Source: Candidatus Tenderia sp.
GTDB lineage: Bacteria; Pseudomonadota; Gammaproteobacteria; Tenderiales; Tenderiaceae
DNA length: 63,412 bases
Assembly: GCA_031416075.1 (NCBI GenBank)
Contig: JANOSY010000020.1
Span: 1 to 63,412, forward strand
Direction of reading: 5' to 3'
The number at the start of each line of letters is the position of its first letter. Positions within the stretch are counted from its first letter, which is position 1. A program made the translations under genes and the position numbers. This document shows positions 1-9,035 of the stretch, piece after piece. The notes beneath the pieces were generated by a model, which had not been told where the DNA came from, did not search any database, and worked only from the letters and a program-made list of their open reading frames with translations.

Positions 1-335
1 AAGCCAAGATCGATGTCGACGCAACCCGATACCGCGTGTTGGATTGCTGCACCGACGCGCCATTGACCGCCGACTGTACGACGAACGCGCATATCGATCT
101 CCTTCCTTCCCCAACTGCCGGTGATCGTTGCGTTGCGCGTCGTCCAGGTTGGATCGACCGAGACCTCATACGCAAAGCTGCAAGGCTGACCGGCGTCAAC
201 AAACACAGCCATGCCCTGCAGCTTCCACCCAGCCGAAACCTTGAGCAAACGACAGCAGTCATGGCCAGGTTTATCCAACCTGCGCCAGAAGAATGTTGCT
301 ACGAGCTTGTTTTGATCGCGGGTCATAGAAGCCAT
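1..335 (-). CDS. Putative glycolipid-binding domain protein (DUF1089/PF06475-like), partial; runs off the window start
   Basis: Not in the ORF track. Manual minus-strand translation from ATG 335 gives MASMTRDQNKLVATFFWRRLDKPGHDCCRL...YEVSVDPTWTTR...GQWRVG...GCVDIDLG, matching the family pattern WRRLD-PG / D-W-TR / GC-D-DLG. Confidence 0.75.
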   Translation of the reverse strand, partial: MASMTRDQNKLVATFFWRRLDKPGHDCCRLLKVSAGWKLQGMAVFVDAGQPCSFAYEVSVDPTWTTRNATITGSWGRKEIDMRVRRTVGGQWRVGAAIQHAVSGCVDIDLG

Positions 336-344
336 GTTGATGAC

Positions 345-399
345 GCCCAACGTATATTAGACAGAAATATTAAATAGTGTAATAAACAGAATCTGTCTA
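345..399 (-). other. Integron recombination-site-like sequence (GTTRRRY core plus inverted repeat)
   Basis: Minus strand TGTCTAA-TATAC-GTTGGGC ending about 10 bp before the ATG; TAGACAGA (358-365) / TCTGTCTA (392-399) inverted repeat. Confidence 0.35.
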
Positions 400-774
400 T
401 TACTTTCCCTTTTTTTAAAGCGTCACTATGACAAGTTGTTGGATGTTGGTCAATGGTGCGGTTCTAGTGGGGTAGTCCGCTAAATTAGCGAATGCTTCTT
501 TAGTGTAATAGGCAGAATCAAAGCCCCATGGCCATTTGCCACGGTGCTGATTGATTTTTCAGCCAATTCCGCTTATAAACCTTCGTGAATGGTGGTTTTT
601 CTGTAGAGGTGTCTGTCTGTTGTTTTGAAGGTTTCGCCTTGACACAGAATACAGCGAGGGGAACTCCATGCCGTCCATCCGATTACCATGGGCTTTATCT
701 TGGGTCTGGCTCTTTCCCATTTTATACCGGCTGGTTATAAACCTCCCCCAGCTTATCGGAGGTAAAATCAGCGA

Positions 775-849
775 GTAGCCTGGATGCGGCGATAGCGTAC
801 CCCAGAGGTTTTCGCTACCCCGGATTCCACTCTGTTTCATCCAGGCTAC
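775..849. repeat. GTAG-type REP-like inverted repeat (degenerate doublet)
   Basis: GTAGCCTGGATG (775-786) ... CATCCAGGCTAC (838-849), a perfect 12-bp inverted repeat starting with GTAG. Confidence 0.6.
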
Positions 850-1043
850 AGATTTAATAATTCCATCCTGTTAATTATTGTTATGTTGGATTAAGGCCAT
901 AAGATAGACATCTGTTTTGGGTGTGCAAATGGTGCGCTTTGTGATCCAGTCTATTCTTTGCTCTTACTCACCTTTCATGTATGGGGTTATTAGAGGATAA
1001 TTCCGCCATCCTGTTTTTTTGCATTGAAAAGAGAAGTCATCAA

Positions 1044-1748
1044 ATGAACAAAAGTTTCTTAACCAATCTGATATCTACCGCTGTTCTTGCCGTAGGCTGG
1101 GGTTTGCAAGATAACCTGATAATGATGGTCGGTCTGTTTGCGTTGTCGGGTGCGTTAACCAACTGGTTGGCTATTTACATGCTGTTTGAGAAGGTACCGG
1201 GGCTGGTGGGGTCGGGGGTGATACCGGCGCGTTTTGAGGAGTTCAAGGCGGCGATCAAGACGTTGATGATGGAGCAGTTTTTTACCCAGGAGAATGTCGA
1301 TCGTTTTGTCTCCGGCGGTTCGATTAAGTCAAGACTGCATCTTGGGCCGGTGATTGAGAAGGTCGATCTTTCGCCGTCGTTTGATCGGTTGGCGGAAGTG
1401 ATTATGAACTCTTCGTTTGGAAAAATGCTGGGAATGTTTGGTGGTGAAAAGGCATTAACGCCGTTGAAAGAACCTTTTATTGCCAGCTTGAAAGAGTCGA
1501 TTATCGAGATGACTGAAAAAGATTCGTTTCATCAGCTGCTGCAGGATGAGATTGATCAGCCACAAGTAATGGCCGATATTCGGGCGAAGGTTGCTGAAAT
1601 TATTAATGCCCGTCTGGAGGAGTTGACGCCGCAGTTGGTGAAGGAGATGGTGCAGCAGATGATCAAACAACACTTAGGCTGGCTGGTGGTGTGGGGCGGT
1701 GTATTTGGTGGTGTGATTGGTTTGCTGTCGGCGGTGGTTGCTTTATGA
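1044..1748 (+). CDS. DUF445-family membrane protein
   Basis: MNKS start; GLFALSGALTNWLAIYMLFEKVPGLVGSGVIPARFEEFK and C-terminal HLGWLVVWGGVFGG motifs. Confidence 0.85.
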   Translation: MNKSFLTNLISTAVLAVGWGLQDNLIMMVGLFALSGALTNWLAIYMLFEKVPGLVGSGVIPARFEEFKAAIKTLMMEQFFTQENVDRFVSGGSIKSRLHLGPVIEKVDLSPSFDRLAEVIMNSSFGKMLGMFGGEKALTPLKEPFIASLKESIIEMTEKDSFHQLLQDEIDQPQVMADIRAKVAEIINARLEELTPQLVKEMVQQMIKQHLGWLVVWGGVFGGVIGLLSAVVAL

Positions 1749-2427
1749 GTGGTAATTGGGTTCTGTTATCGTGCAATCTCATAGTTCCTAATAGCAGGTA
1801 GGGCAGTATTTTTTATCTATTTATACGGAACTATAAATTTATATTACGTATTTTTATACGCTTGAATTTTTATAATTGTCTACTAAAATATATTTCAATG
1901 ATGAATGTGTGGAGTTTGTGTTTTTGGTTTTGCTTCGATTGGATGCGTAGGGTTATGTCGCAAATGCGGTTGCGTGGGGCGCAGTTACGTATTAACTGCT
2001 TTTTTATGAAGGATGATCTAAGTGTTATTTTTTCTCCCCTTCGCACGTCTGCATGATGCGTATCTGTTGTAATGGAACGGTTTTGGGTGTGAAGTTTTTA
2101 GCTGTTAGGTAGCTTGTTGAGTATCAGCGCCCTGTTTCTTTTGAGGATAAGTAATCTATTCCTATCATTCTGGGCGAGTTGTTGATATGTTGTAGGAGGC
2201 CTACCTCTCCGCCGGAATGAAATGAGCTTTCGCGCGACTTCCCTTCCCCGTTTTTTTAAAAGGATACCATGCTTAACTGTTAGGTTTGGTCACTCGAACA
2301 TGATGTCTAAGGGCATGTGTTGCTTCTGGTTTCTGTTGTGCTTTGATAAGTAGATATACGCTTACGTTCAAAATGGCTCATACAATAATGGATGGCCATT
2401 ATGTTATATAACAAGGAGATCACGTAT

Positions 2428-2889
2428 ATGGCTGCTAAAGTATTAAAACTACGCCCAGTACAAAATATTGGACTTAATGATCGAATTGTCCGCGGTGTAA
2501 TTGCGTTTATTGCGATCGGTTATCCGTTCATAAATATGGAGAATGATCAGTTTATTGGTGCGGAAGTCTATCTTATTTTTATTGGTTTTTACCCTGCATT
2601 GACGGCTATCTTAGGATGGGATCCGTTTTATACATTATTTAATTATCGTACATGTAGTGCTGGGGGGCGAAATGCCTGTGGCACATTCCCTTATGAGGTG
2701 GAGTCTGCGTTGGGTCATGCCCCAACTGTGGATAAAGAACATGCGTATGATCACAGTATTGCCGCTTCAAAGATGCATGAAAAGGACGACGTCGAAACTC
2801 TTAGCCCAAGGGTTGCGGATCGACTTTTGGTTGTGGCTTCACTGGTCTTTGCAGTACTTGTTTTTGTCGTGCTCTATTGGGGGCCGTAG
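2428..2889 (+). CDS. DUF2892 (YgaP-like) membrane protein with C-terminal extension
   Basis: AAGGAG RBS; QNIGLNDRIVR...TAILGWDPFYTLFNYRTC pattern; additional C-terminal TM helix. Confidence 0.7.
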   Translation: MAAKVLKLRPVQNIGLNDRIVRGVIAFIAIGYPFINMENDQFIGAEVYLIFIGFYPALTAILGWDPFYTLFNYRTCSAGGRNACGTFPYEVESALGHAPTVDKEHAYDHSIAASKMHEKDDVETLSPRVADRLLVVASLVFAVLVFVVLYWGP

Positions 2890-3178
2890 TCGGCTGAAAA
2901 ATAGCCGCTTTGTGTGTGGCCAAATTTTCTTGGCCACATACTTTGGGGATTCTAAAGAATCCCTTTCTCCTGCACCTGTCGGGCTATTTACAACGTAAAT
3001 TCCGGGCCAAATATCTTTCTATTCTTTGTCATTTCTCCATCTCTTTTGTCTTGTGAACAATGTGGCCACCCATAGTCAGGTGATAAGGTTAACTATGGCT
3101 CTACATTGTGCGTGGAATATTTGATGGGAATGTTTAGCCGATGATCAAATAACATCTTGGGTGGTTCTTGGTGTCTGG

Positions 3179-4087
3179 TTAGTTCTGATTTTTTGTTGGT
3201 GCCGGATTGTGTGTGAGCTGTTTTATCAGTCGGCGATTTTCTGCTAATAGACGGATTTTCTCAAACGCCCGTTTTACTGTGGTGGTAATCAACTCTAATT
3301 CATCGAAGGGTTTGCATAGATAGTCATAAGCCCCCGCGCGCAATGCTGCCAGGGCTGTATCAAAAGAGGCATAGCTGGTGATTATCAGTACCTGTGTATC
3401 TTCCCGATGTTGTTTGATGATCTGTAACAGATCAATGCCGTTTAACCCCCCCATGCAGATGTCGGTAATTACCATAGGGTAGGGTGTTCTCTCAAAGTGC
3501 CCGAGGGCCTCTTCTGTGCTTTTGGCTGTTGTGACCTGGTAGCCTGCATCGGTTAGAAGTTCAGCGAGTAGCTCTCTTAAGGATGTGTCGTCATCAACCA
3601 GCAAGATTCGTTCCTCGTTATTGAGATCGGTTTGTATATTTGTATTGCCCGCCTTTAGACGTTGAGTGAGCTGGCGATTGCTGGTCGTTAATGTGTGTCT
3701 CTCTAATGCACGTTTTACCGCGTTGGTTAATAGCTCTAACGTTTCAAAAGGTTTTGTCAGATAGTCATAGGCTCCGGCGTGCAGGGCAAGTAAGGCAGTG
3801 TTGAGGGAGGCGTGACTGGTGATGACGAGTATTTGTGTGTCGCTGTTGTGGGTCTTGATGATCTGCATGAGTTCAATGCCGCTGAGTCCGCCCATGTGGA
3901 TGTCGGTGATTACTAAGGGGTAGGGTTTTTTTTCAAACAGTCTCAGGGCCTCTTCAGTGCTTTTGGCGGTTGTTGTTTGGTAACCCATGTCGGTAAGCAG
4001 TTCGGCGAGTAAATTTCGCAAGGACTCTTCATCATCCACTATGAGGATGCGGGGTGTTTCGGGTCTGTTGGTGGCGCTCTCTATCAT
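3179..4087 (-). CDS. Response regulator with two tandem receiver domains and no output domain
   Basis: Two REC repeats: ILIVDDEE/VITDIHM/LTKPF and ILLVDDDT/VITDICM/LCKPF. Confidence 0.9.
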   Translation of the reverse strand: MIESATNRPETPRILIVDDEESLRNLLAELLTDMGYQTTTAKSTEEALRLFEKKPYPLVITDIHMGGLSGIELMQIIKTHNSDTQILVITSHASLNTALLALHAGAYDYLTKPFETLELLTNAVKRALERHTLTTSNRQLTQRLKAGNTNIQTDLNNEERILLVDDDTSLRELLAELLTDAGYQVTTAKSTEEALGHFERTPYPMVITDICMGGLNGIDLLQIIKQHREDTQVLIITSYASFDTALAALRAGAYDYLCKPFDELELITTTVKRAFEKIRLLAENRRLIKQLTHNPAPTKNQN

Positions 4088-4684
4088 ATAACCATTTAAA
4101 GTGCAGGCATTGTCAACGGTATGTTGAGTATTTTTATCGACTTTAACATTTTGTTAAGTAACTCGGTAGATTAGATTTTTAATGGTCTGCCCTGTTGTTG
4201 TATCGGTTTATTTTTTGCCTTTCTGTTGTGTAGTCTTTTTTGCTTGATTGAATGACCCTGTCACTGTTTTTATGGTGATGGGGGATATTTTTTAATATTC
4301 ATTTCAATCTTTTATCTTCCTTGACTTCCTGTTCTAAGGGGCTAGGTTTAATAGTTATAGGAGGATTTTTTTATGTTTTTTTGTTGAGTGTTTTGATGGG
4401 GATTTTATAAGAGTTGTGCTGAGCAGTATTGATAGTGGTTGATGGGTTTTTATGCGCTTATGTCACGGTAATATGCACATTATTTTAAACAATAATTGCG
4501 GTTGTGGTGTTGGCAGTGTCGGTTATATTTTTATCAGGCAGAAGATGTATGTGTGGCGACGATTTTTTAGAGGGGGTTGCCAGCCATATTGACTCTCTTT
4601 TTGGGGTGATTTGATGGTGTGATAAGAATCCGGATTTTAAAATAAAAGCCGGGTATTAATAATTCTAATGAAGGAGGATTTGTC

Positions 4685-6826
4685 ATGGCTTATCTATTTA
4701 AAGGACGTTTATGTGGATATTTGTGCGCGGAGTGCCCAGAGCCTTTGGTTAATGTAAAGGTTAGGCTTTATCGTGTGGATAAGGCCGGTAATGTGGCGGC
4801 GCTTGCTGTGGCAAACCCCAAAGAGACATTTGCGATTCTGGATGATAATCAGGTTCAGGGTAAAGAGTCTCGTCTGCTGGCAGTTGCAGATACCGATGGT
4901 AATGGTAGTTATGTTGTCGAGTTTGATGATAACTATAACGGTGAGCCATTTGAGGTGGATGTGTATTGTGATGCTGTGCCACGGAGTAAGAGACGGTTTA
5001 AAGCGCGTCAGTTTACGATCACCACGGTGCAGCCCCGTTTTCGTCAAACGGATGATGGTTATGTTGCGGTGTGGGACTACTGTCTGCCACATCGTTTCTG
5101 GTGTGCGATTTTGGCGCTGTTTGATATCTGGACGATCTGTGGTCATGTGGTGGATTGTGAAACCAAACGGCCGATTGCAGGTGTGAAGGTGAAGGCGTTT
5201 GATGCGGACTGGTTGGCGGACGATGTCTTGGGCGCTGCGGTGACTGATGTTGCCGGCAAGTTTATGATCACCTACTCATCGATTGATTTTAAACAGGGTA
5301 CCTGGATTGATGTGGAGTTGATTGGTGGCCCTGATATCTATTTCAAGATTGAAGATGGTATGGGCGCGCCGCTGTTGACCGAGAGCCAGTCGCGTGGACG
5401 TGCGCCTGATCGTGAAAATGCAGCAAACTGCTTCTGTGTTGAGCTGTGTATTAAACAGCCATTAACCTGTGAGTTGACTGCGCCTACAGGGTGTACTGCG
5501 GAGCAGGTGAATCAGGCCGCCGGTTTTAGTTTTGTGCCGGTGTTAGGGAGTGTGAGCGGTGGTGGTTTTGGCAGTTATATTCTGGAGGTGTTGCAGGGAG
5601 GCTCTGTTGTTCCCGGTGTGACGGTTCTCTATCCTGGGGGTGGTAGCAGTGGCACACTGCCGGTGGTGATGGGTGAGTTGGGACAAATCAATACCACGCC
5701 ATTAATGGACGGTGCATATACCGTGCGGTTGACGGTCTACTCCGCGGGTGTAGGTACAACGGTTGTGTGTACAAAGACGTTAGGTTTTACGTTACTTAAA
5801 ATTATTGTTTATATGAATAAGATAGGCAAGATTACCACGGACCCTCAGCCACTTGATCCCTTCGCTGAGTTGCGTGCTGGTGGTGTGCCAATGGCTGTGG
5901 GTGGCACGATGAGCATTGAAGGTGCGGCCTATGTGTACGGCTGTGTTGACCGCATGGTGAAGAAATATGATATCCGCATCAAACAGGTGACTGCGCCGGG
6001 GACAGAGCCGCTGCAACCTGCGACCGATGATCCGATCCCCGCTGGTTGGAGTGTGATCCCTTCTCTACCGCTGGAGTATACGTTGCCGTCGCAATATCAA
6101 CCGTGGACACGTATTGGTCCAGCCTCGCGTGATCTGATTAACAGCTGGAAAACATTTACAACAGGCGGCACAACCTACTATGCGCTGAATGCGGGTAAGT
6201 GGGGCAGCGCTGCCAGTGGTCGTTACAGCATGTTGCTGGTGGTTGAAGATACCGCCGCACCGACGGGCCATCGTTACTACGATATTCAGCACCTCTGGCT
6301 GGATAACAAATCAATTTACAATACGGTGCAGATTGTTAAGTTCCAGCGTTTTGTCGGTGGTGTATGGAGCGATATTCCCGCCTGTATGGATCTGATGTTG
6401 AGCTTTGGCAAGATTCGTATTGTCGGGCTGGCGTGGGATCCGATCATTGATGAGGCGTGGTGGCCGCCAGTTGCGCCAAACGATAATTTTAGCCACTACC
6501 GTTTGGATTACTGGAAACAGTTTGGCGGGAGCCATCAGCTCCTGGGCGATACGAGTGTGCGCGTGCCTCCACTGCCCGCGTTGCCACCTGTGGTGACGCC
6601 TACGGTGGCGGATGCTGGCGAGTTGGCGCTTTGGGATTTGACGACACTCGATGCGGGGAGTGCTCCATCGCCCTATGCATCTCCCGCTGATCCGAAGATC
6701 TATCGTGGTGAGTCGTGTGCGTATAGTTTGCAACTTTACGCCACCGACTCAACGGCGGTGAATGATAATGGCGCGACCCATTATCGTCACCATCAGGTGG
6801 CGGTCAAGATTGTGAATGATCTGTAG
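4685..6826 (+). CDS. Hypothetical Cys-rich protein, 713 aa; N-terminal carboxypeptidase-regulatory/transthyretin-like beta domains
   Basis: AAGGAGG RBS; long ORF; two related segments (GRLCG..EPLVNVKVRLY..ADTDGNGSY; ICGHVVDCETKRPIAGVKVKAFDAD..VTDVAGKF); 17 Cys; no signal peptide. Confidence 0.85.
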   Translation: MAYLFKGRLCGYLCAECPEPLVNVKVRLYRVDKAGNVAALAVANPKETFAILDDNQVQGKESRLLAVADTDGNGSYVVEFDDNYNGEPFEVDVYCDAVPRSKRRFKARQFTITTVQPRFRQTDDGYVAVWDYCLPHRFWCAILALFDIWTICGHVVDCETKRPIAGVKVKAFDADWLADDVLGAAVTDVAGKFMITYSSIDFKQGTWIDVELIGGPDIYFKIEDGMGAPLLTESQSRGRAPDRENAANCFCVELCIKQPLTCELTAPTGCTAEQVNQAAGFSFVPVLGSVSGGGFGSYILEVLQGGSVVPGVTVLYPGGGSSGTLPVVMGELGQINTTPLMDGAYTVRLTVYSAGVGTTVVCTKTLGFTLLKIIVYMNKIGKITTDPQPLDPFAELRAGGVPMAVGGTMSIEGAAYVYGCVDRMVKKYDIRIKQVTAPGTEPLQPATDDPIPAGWSVIPSLPLEYTLPSQYQPWTRIGPASRDLINSWKTFTTGGTTYYALNAGKWGSAASGRYSMLLVVEDTAAPTGHRYYDIQHLWLDNKSIYNTVQIVKFQRFVGGVWSDIPACMDLMLSFGKIRIVGLAWDPIIDEAWWPPVAPNDNFSHYRLDYWKQFGGSHQLLGDTSVRVPPLPALPPVVTPTVADAGELALWDLTTLDAGSAPSPYASPADPKIYRGESCAYSLQLYATDSTAVNDNGATHYRHHQVAVKIVNDL

Positions 6827-6975
6827 GATGATCATTTTAACGGGGGTCATCAAATGCTCGCGGTGTCGGAGAGTAACTGTCTCGTAAAAGGGGGTGTGTC
6901 CTGAAAATAGACAATGTGGCTTGGTCAGATGTAAATTTTTTATAAATTTATTCATCTCTTAAGGAGGTATTGATC

Positions 6976-7512
6976 ATGGGCATGGCGAAGTTGAACGTCT
7001 GGGTATCCGGGATTGACGATCCGTGTGGTGTAGATAACCGTACCTGGTACGTCACCATTTATGATTGCGATGGTAATGTGCTCGACTGGTGTGGAAAGAA
7101 ATATGTTGTGTTGCCAGCGCGTTGCGGACATCTGGAAGTGGATGTGCCGCCGGGCTGTTACTACATCAAGGCGGTATGGAGCTTTTCCCTCCTCGGCGGT
7201 ATTTACCACGTCAACCATTTTACTGACGCAGCGATTGTGACGGCCTGCTGTGAACAAACAACGTGCGTCAAGCTCTTTAACCCCTCCGTGCATCGCTGCG
7301 GAACAATTGTGGTACGGGCGATTCAGAATCTGGTTCGGCAGAAAGCCATTAAACCAGAGCTGGCGCGTCAGCACGAGATTGCGCTCAACGCGGCGCTCGC
7401 CACCATACCGCGGCCAATGAAAGGGTTTGAGTTGGATCACCTGGATGAGATCGAGAAGTTGGTCCGGGCGCAGGAAGATGGCCAGACAGGGAAAGAGAAA
7501 GAACGCGATTGA
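6976..7512 (+). CDS. Hypothetical Cys-rich protein
   Basis: AAGGAGG RBS at 6961-6967; 9 Cys in the first ~110 aa; no signal peptide. Confidence 0.85.
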   Translation: MGMAKLNVWVSGIDDPCGVDNRTWYVTIYDCDGNVLDWCGKKYVVLPARCGHLEVDVPPGCYYIKAVWSFSLLGGIYHVNHFTDAAIVTACCEQTTCVKLFNPSVHRCGTIVVRAIQNLVRQKAIKPELARQHEIALNAALATIPRPMKGFELDHLDEIEKLVRAQEDGQTGKEKERD

Positions 7513-7526
7513 TATCGCATGCGGAC

Positions 7527-7553
7527 GGGGTGCGCCAATCGTGGCGCGCCCCT
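7527..7553 (+). terminator. GC-rich hairpin between ORFs (possible weak terminator)
   Basis: GGGGTGCGCCA-ATCG-TGGCGCGCCCC; short U-tract. Confidence 0.35.
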
Positions 7554-7616
7554 TGATAATATTGTCAGGCGAAGCGATAGCGCCTGTTTCTGTCGCAACT
7601 TTTGGAGGATATTACG

Positions 7617-7973
7617 ATGGCTGTAGTGAGTGACTTTACGACTATTCTTGCTGATACTCAGCAAACGGAGGTGCTGGGGCAGGACTTTACTTCAGCGCCA
7701 GGTGACTTTAATACAGGGGGGCGTCATGCGCCGGGGACCGCATACATCTCTTTTATGGTGCAGGGGCTTACAACCAATAGTGCCAATGTCTTTGTTAACG
7801 ATAAGCATGCCGGGGCGCTGTTGCCCAATGATGGACATTGGACGACACAAACGGTGACACTGAAAGGCTCATTATTGGACAATGGCGATAATGTTCTGCG
7901 TGTCAGCCATGTGGCAGGCGATCCGTTTCTTATTCGATCCGTAATCTGCCACTTTAAACAAGATGTGAATTGA
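7617..7973 (+). CDS. Hypothetical small beta-sandwich-like protein
   Basis: GGAGG RBS; alternating beta pattern, ANVFVND...LLDNGDNVLRV...DPFLIRSV; no signal peptide. Confidence 0.75.
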   Translation: MAVVSDFTTILADTQQTEVLGQDFTSAPGDFNTGGRHAPGTAYISFMVQGLTTNSANVFVNDKHAGALLPNDGHWTTQTVTLKGSLLDNGDNVLRVSHVAGDPFLIRSVICHFKQDVN

Positions 7974-8065
7974 TCACTCCATGTATCTGGCTGGATTGCC
8001 TGTTGTTTTGCAATCCAGCGCTGCTGGCGCATCACAGATCCGTTTTTAGTTGAGTCTGAAGTCTC

Positions 8066-8920
8066 TCAGGTAGTGGAGTATTGTTTAATGTCGAGCAGAC
8101 CTAATACGCCTTCTAACCCACAATGGTTAAGTGCGCTGTCTGCCTGTTGTTGCACTTTTGGTTTTGCATGGTAGGCGATGCTGAGTCCCGCCTCTTTCAT
8201 CATCATCAAATCGTTGGCACCATCCCCCATGGCAACGGCCTGTGACGGTTTTATCCCTAATGCTTTGCACTGTTCCAGCAGGAACTCAGCCTTGGCCTCA
8301 GCACCAATAATGCGGCCGTGGATTTCGCCGGTGAGTTTTCCATTTTCAAACTCTAATGTATTGGCAAGCGTGTAATCGAGTTCGAAGCGTGTTTTTAATT
8401 TTTCTGTGAAGTAGGTAAACCCACCAGAGACCAGCGCGATTTTAATGCCGCGTGATTTGATCCCGGCAACCATCTGTTCTGCACCAGGGTTGGGGCGTAG
8501 CCGTTCATGGTAGACATGCGCCAGTGCGTCCTCCTGCAGCCCTGTGAGCAGGGCGATGCGGCGACGCAGTGATGTTTCAAAATCGATCTCGCCACGCATG
8601 GCCGATTCGGTGATCGCTGAGACTTGTGGTTTGACGTTGATGAAGTCGGCAATCTCATCAATACATTCGATATTGATGAGTGTGGAGTCCATGTCGGTGA
8701 CGAGTAGTTTTACCGCGCTGGCGTCAAAGTCGTCGGACAGTAGGTTGATATCGAACTCTTCCTGACCTCGATACTGTTCCAGCTGTTGAGGCGTGACCTC
8801 ACCATCTATCTGTATGTGGTAGTAACCGCTCTTTTTAATGAGTGTGCCATTGAACTGCTCGTTAAGCGCTTCGGCCTCGTAGGTGGTTAAACGTGGACCT
8901 TGTAATACCAGTATTGCCAT
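8066..8920 (-). CDS. serB: Phosphoserine phosphatase
   Basis: HAD motifs DMDSTLINIECIDEIA, VSGGF, GDGANDL. Confidence 0.95.
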   Translation of the reverse strand: MAILVLQGPRLTTYEAEALNEQFNGTLIKKSGYYHIQIDGEVTPQQLEQYRGQEEFDINLLSDDFDASAVKLLVTDMDSTLINIECIDEIADFINVKPQVSAITESAMRGEIDFETSLRRRIALLTGLQEDALAHVYHERLRPNPGAEQMVAGIKSRGIKIALVSGGFTYFTEKLKTRFELDYTLANTLEFENGKLTGEIHGRIIGAEAKAEFLLEQCKALGIKPSQAVAMGDGANDLMMMKEAGLSIAYHAKPKVQQQADSALNHCGLEGVLGLLDIKQYSTT

Positions 8921-8985
8921 GGAGGGTTGCCTTCAAACGGTGTGGAGGGTGTGGGGGCATTTTCCCACAGTGGCGGGGTTTGGGC

Positions 8986-9022
8986 AAAAATGGCGGGTGG
9001 GCTGTGAGTGTTGCCCACCCGC
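8986..9022 (-). terminator. Intrinsic terminator after asmA
   Basis: GCGGGTGGGC / GCCCACCCGC stem followed on the minus strand by CATTTTT. Confidence 0.55.
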
Positions 9023-9035
9023 GAGTGCGGTGTTG

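Noticed and set aside
36-377. 113-aa plus-strand ORF in the track
   Set aside because: Antisense shadow of the recognisable DUF1089-like gene on the minus strand
400-980. Possible intI gene or ncRNA next to the att-like site; 93-aa ORF 559-840
   Set aside because: No tyrosine-recombinase motifs and no recognisable RNA motif; the ORF overlaps a REP and looks non-coding
1750-2400. Long AT-rich gap with small palindromes, considered as a riboswitch
   Set aside because: No match I can recognise to c-di-GMP, TPP, SAM, cobalamin or glycine riboswitch consensus
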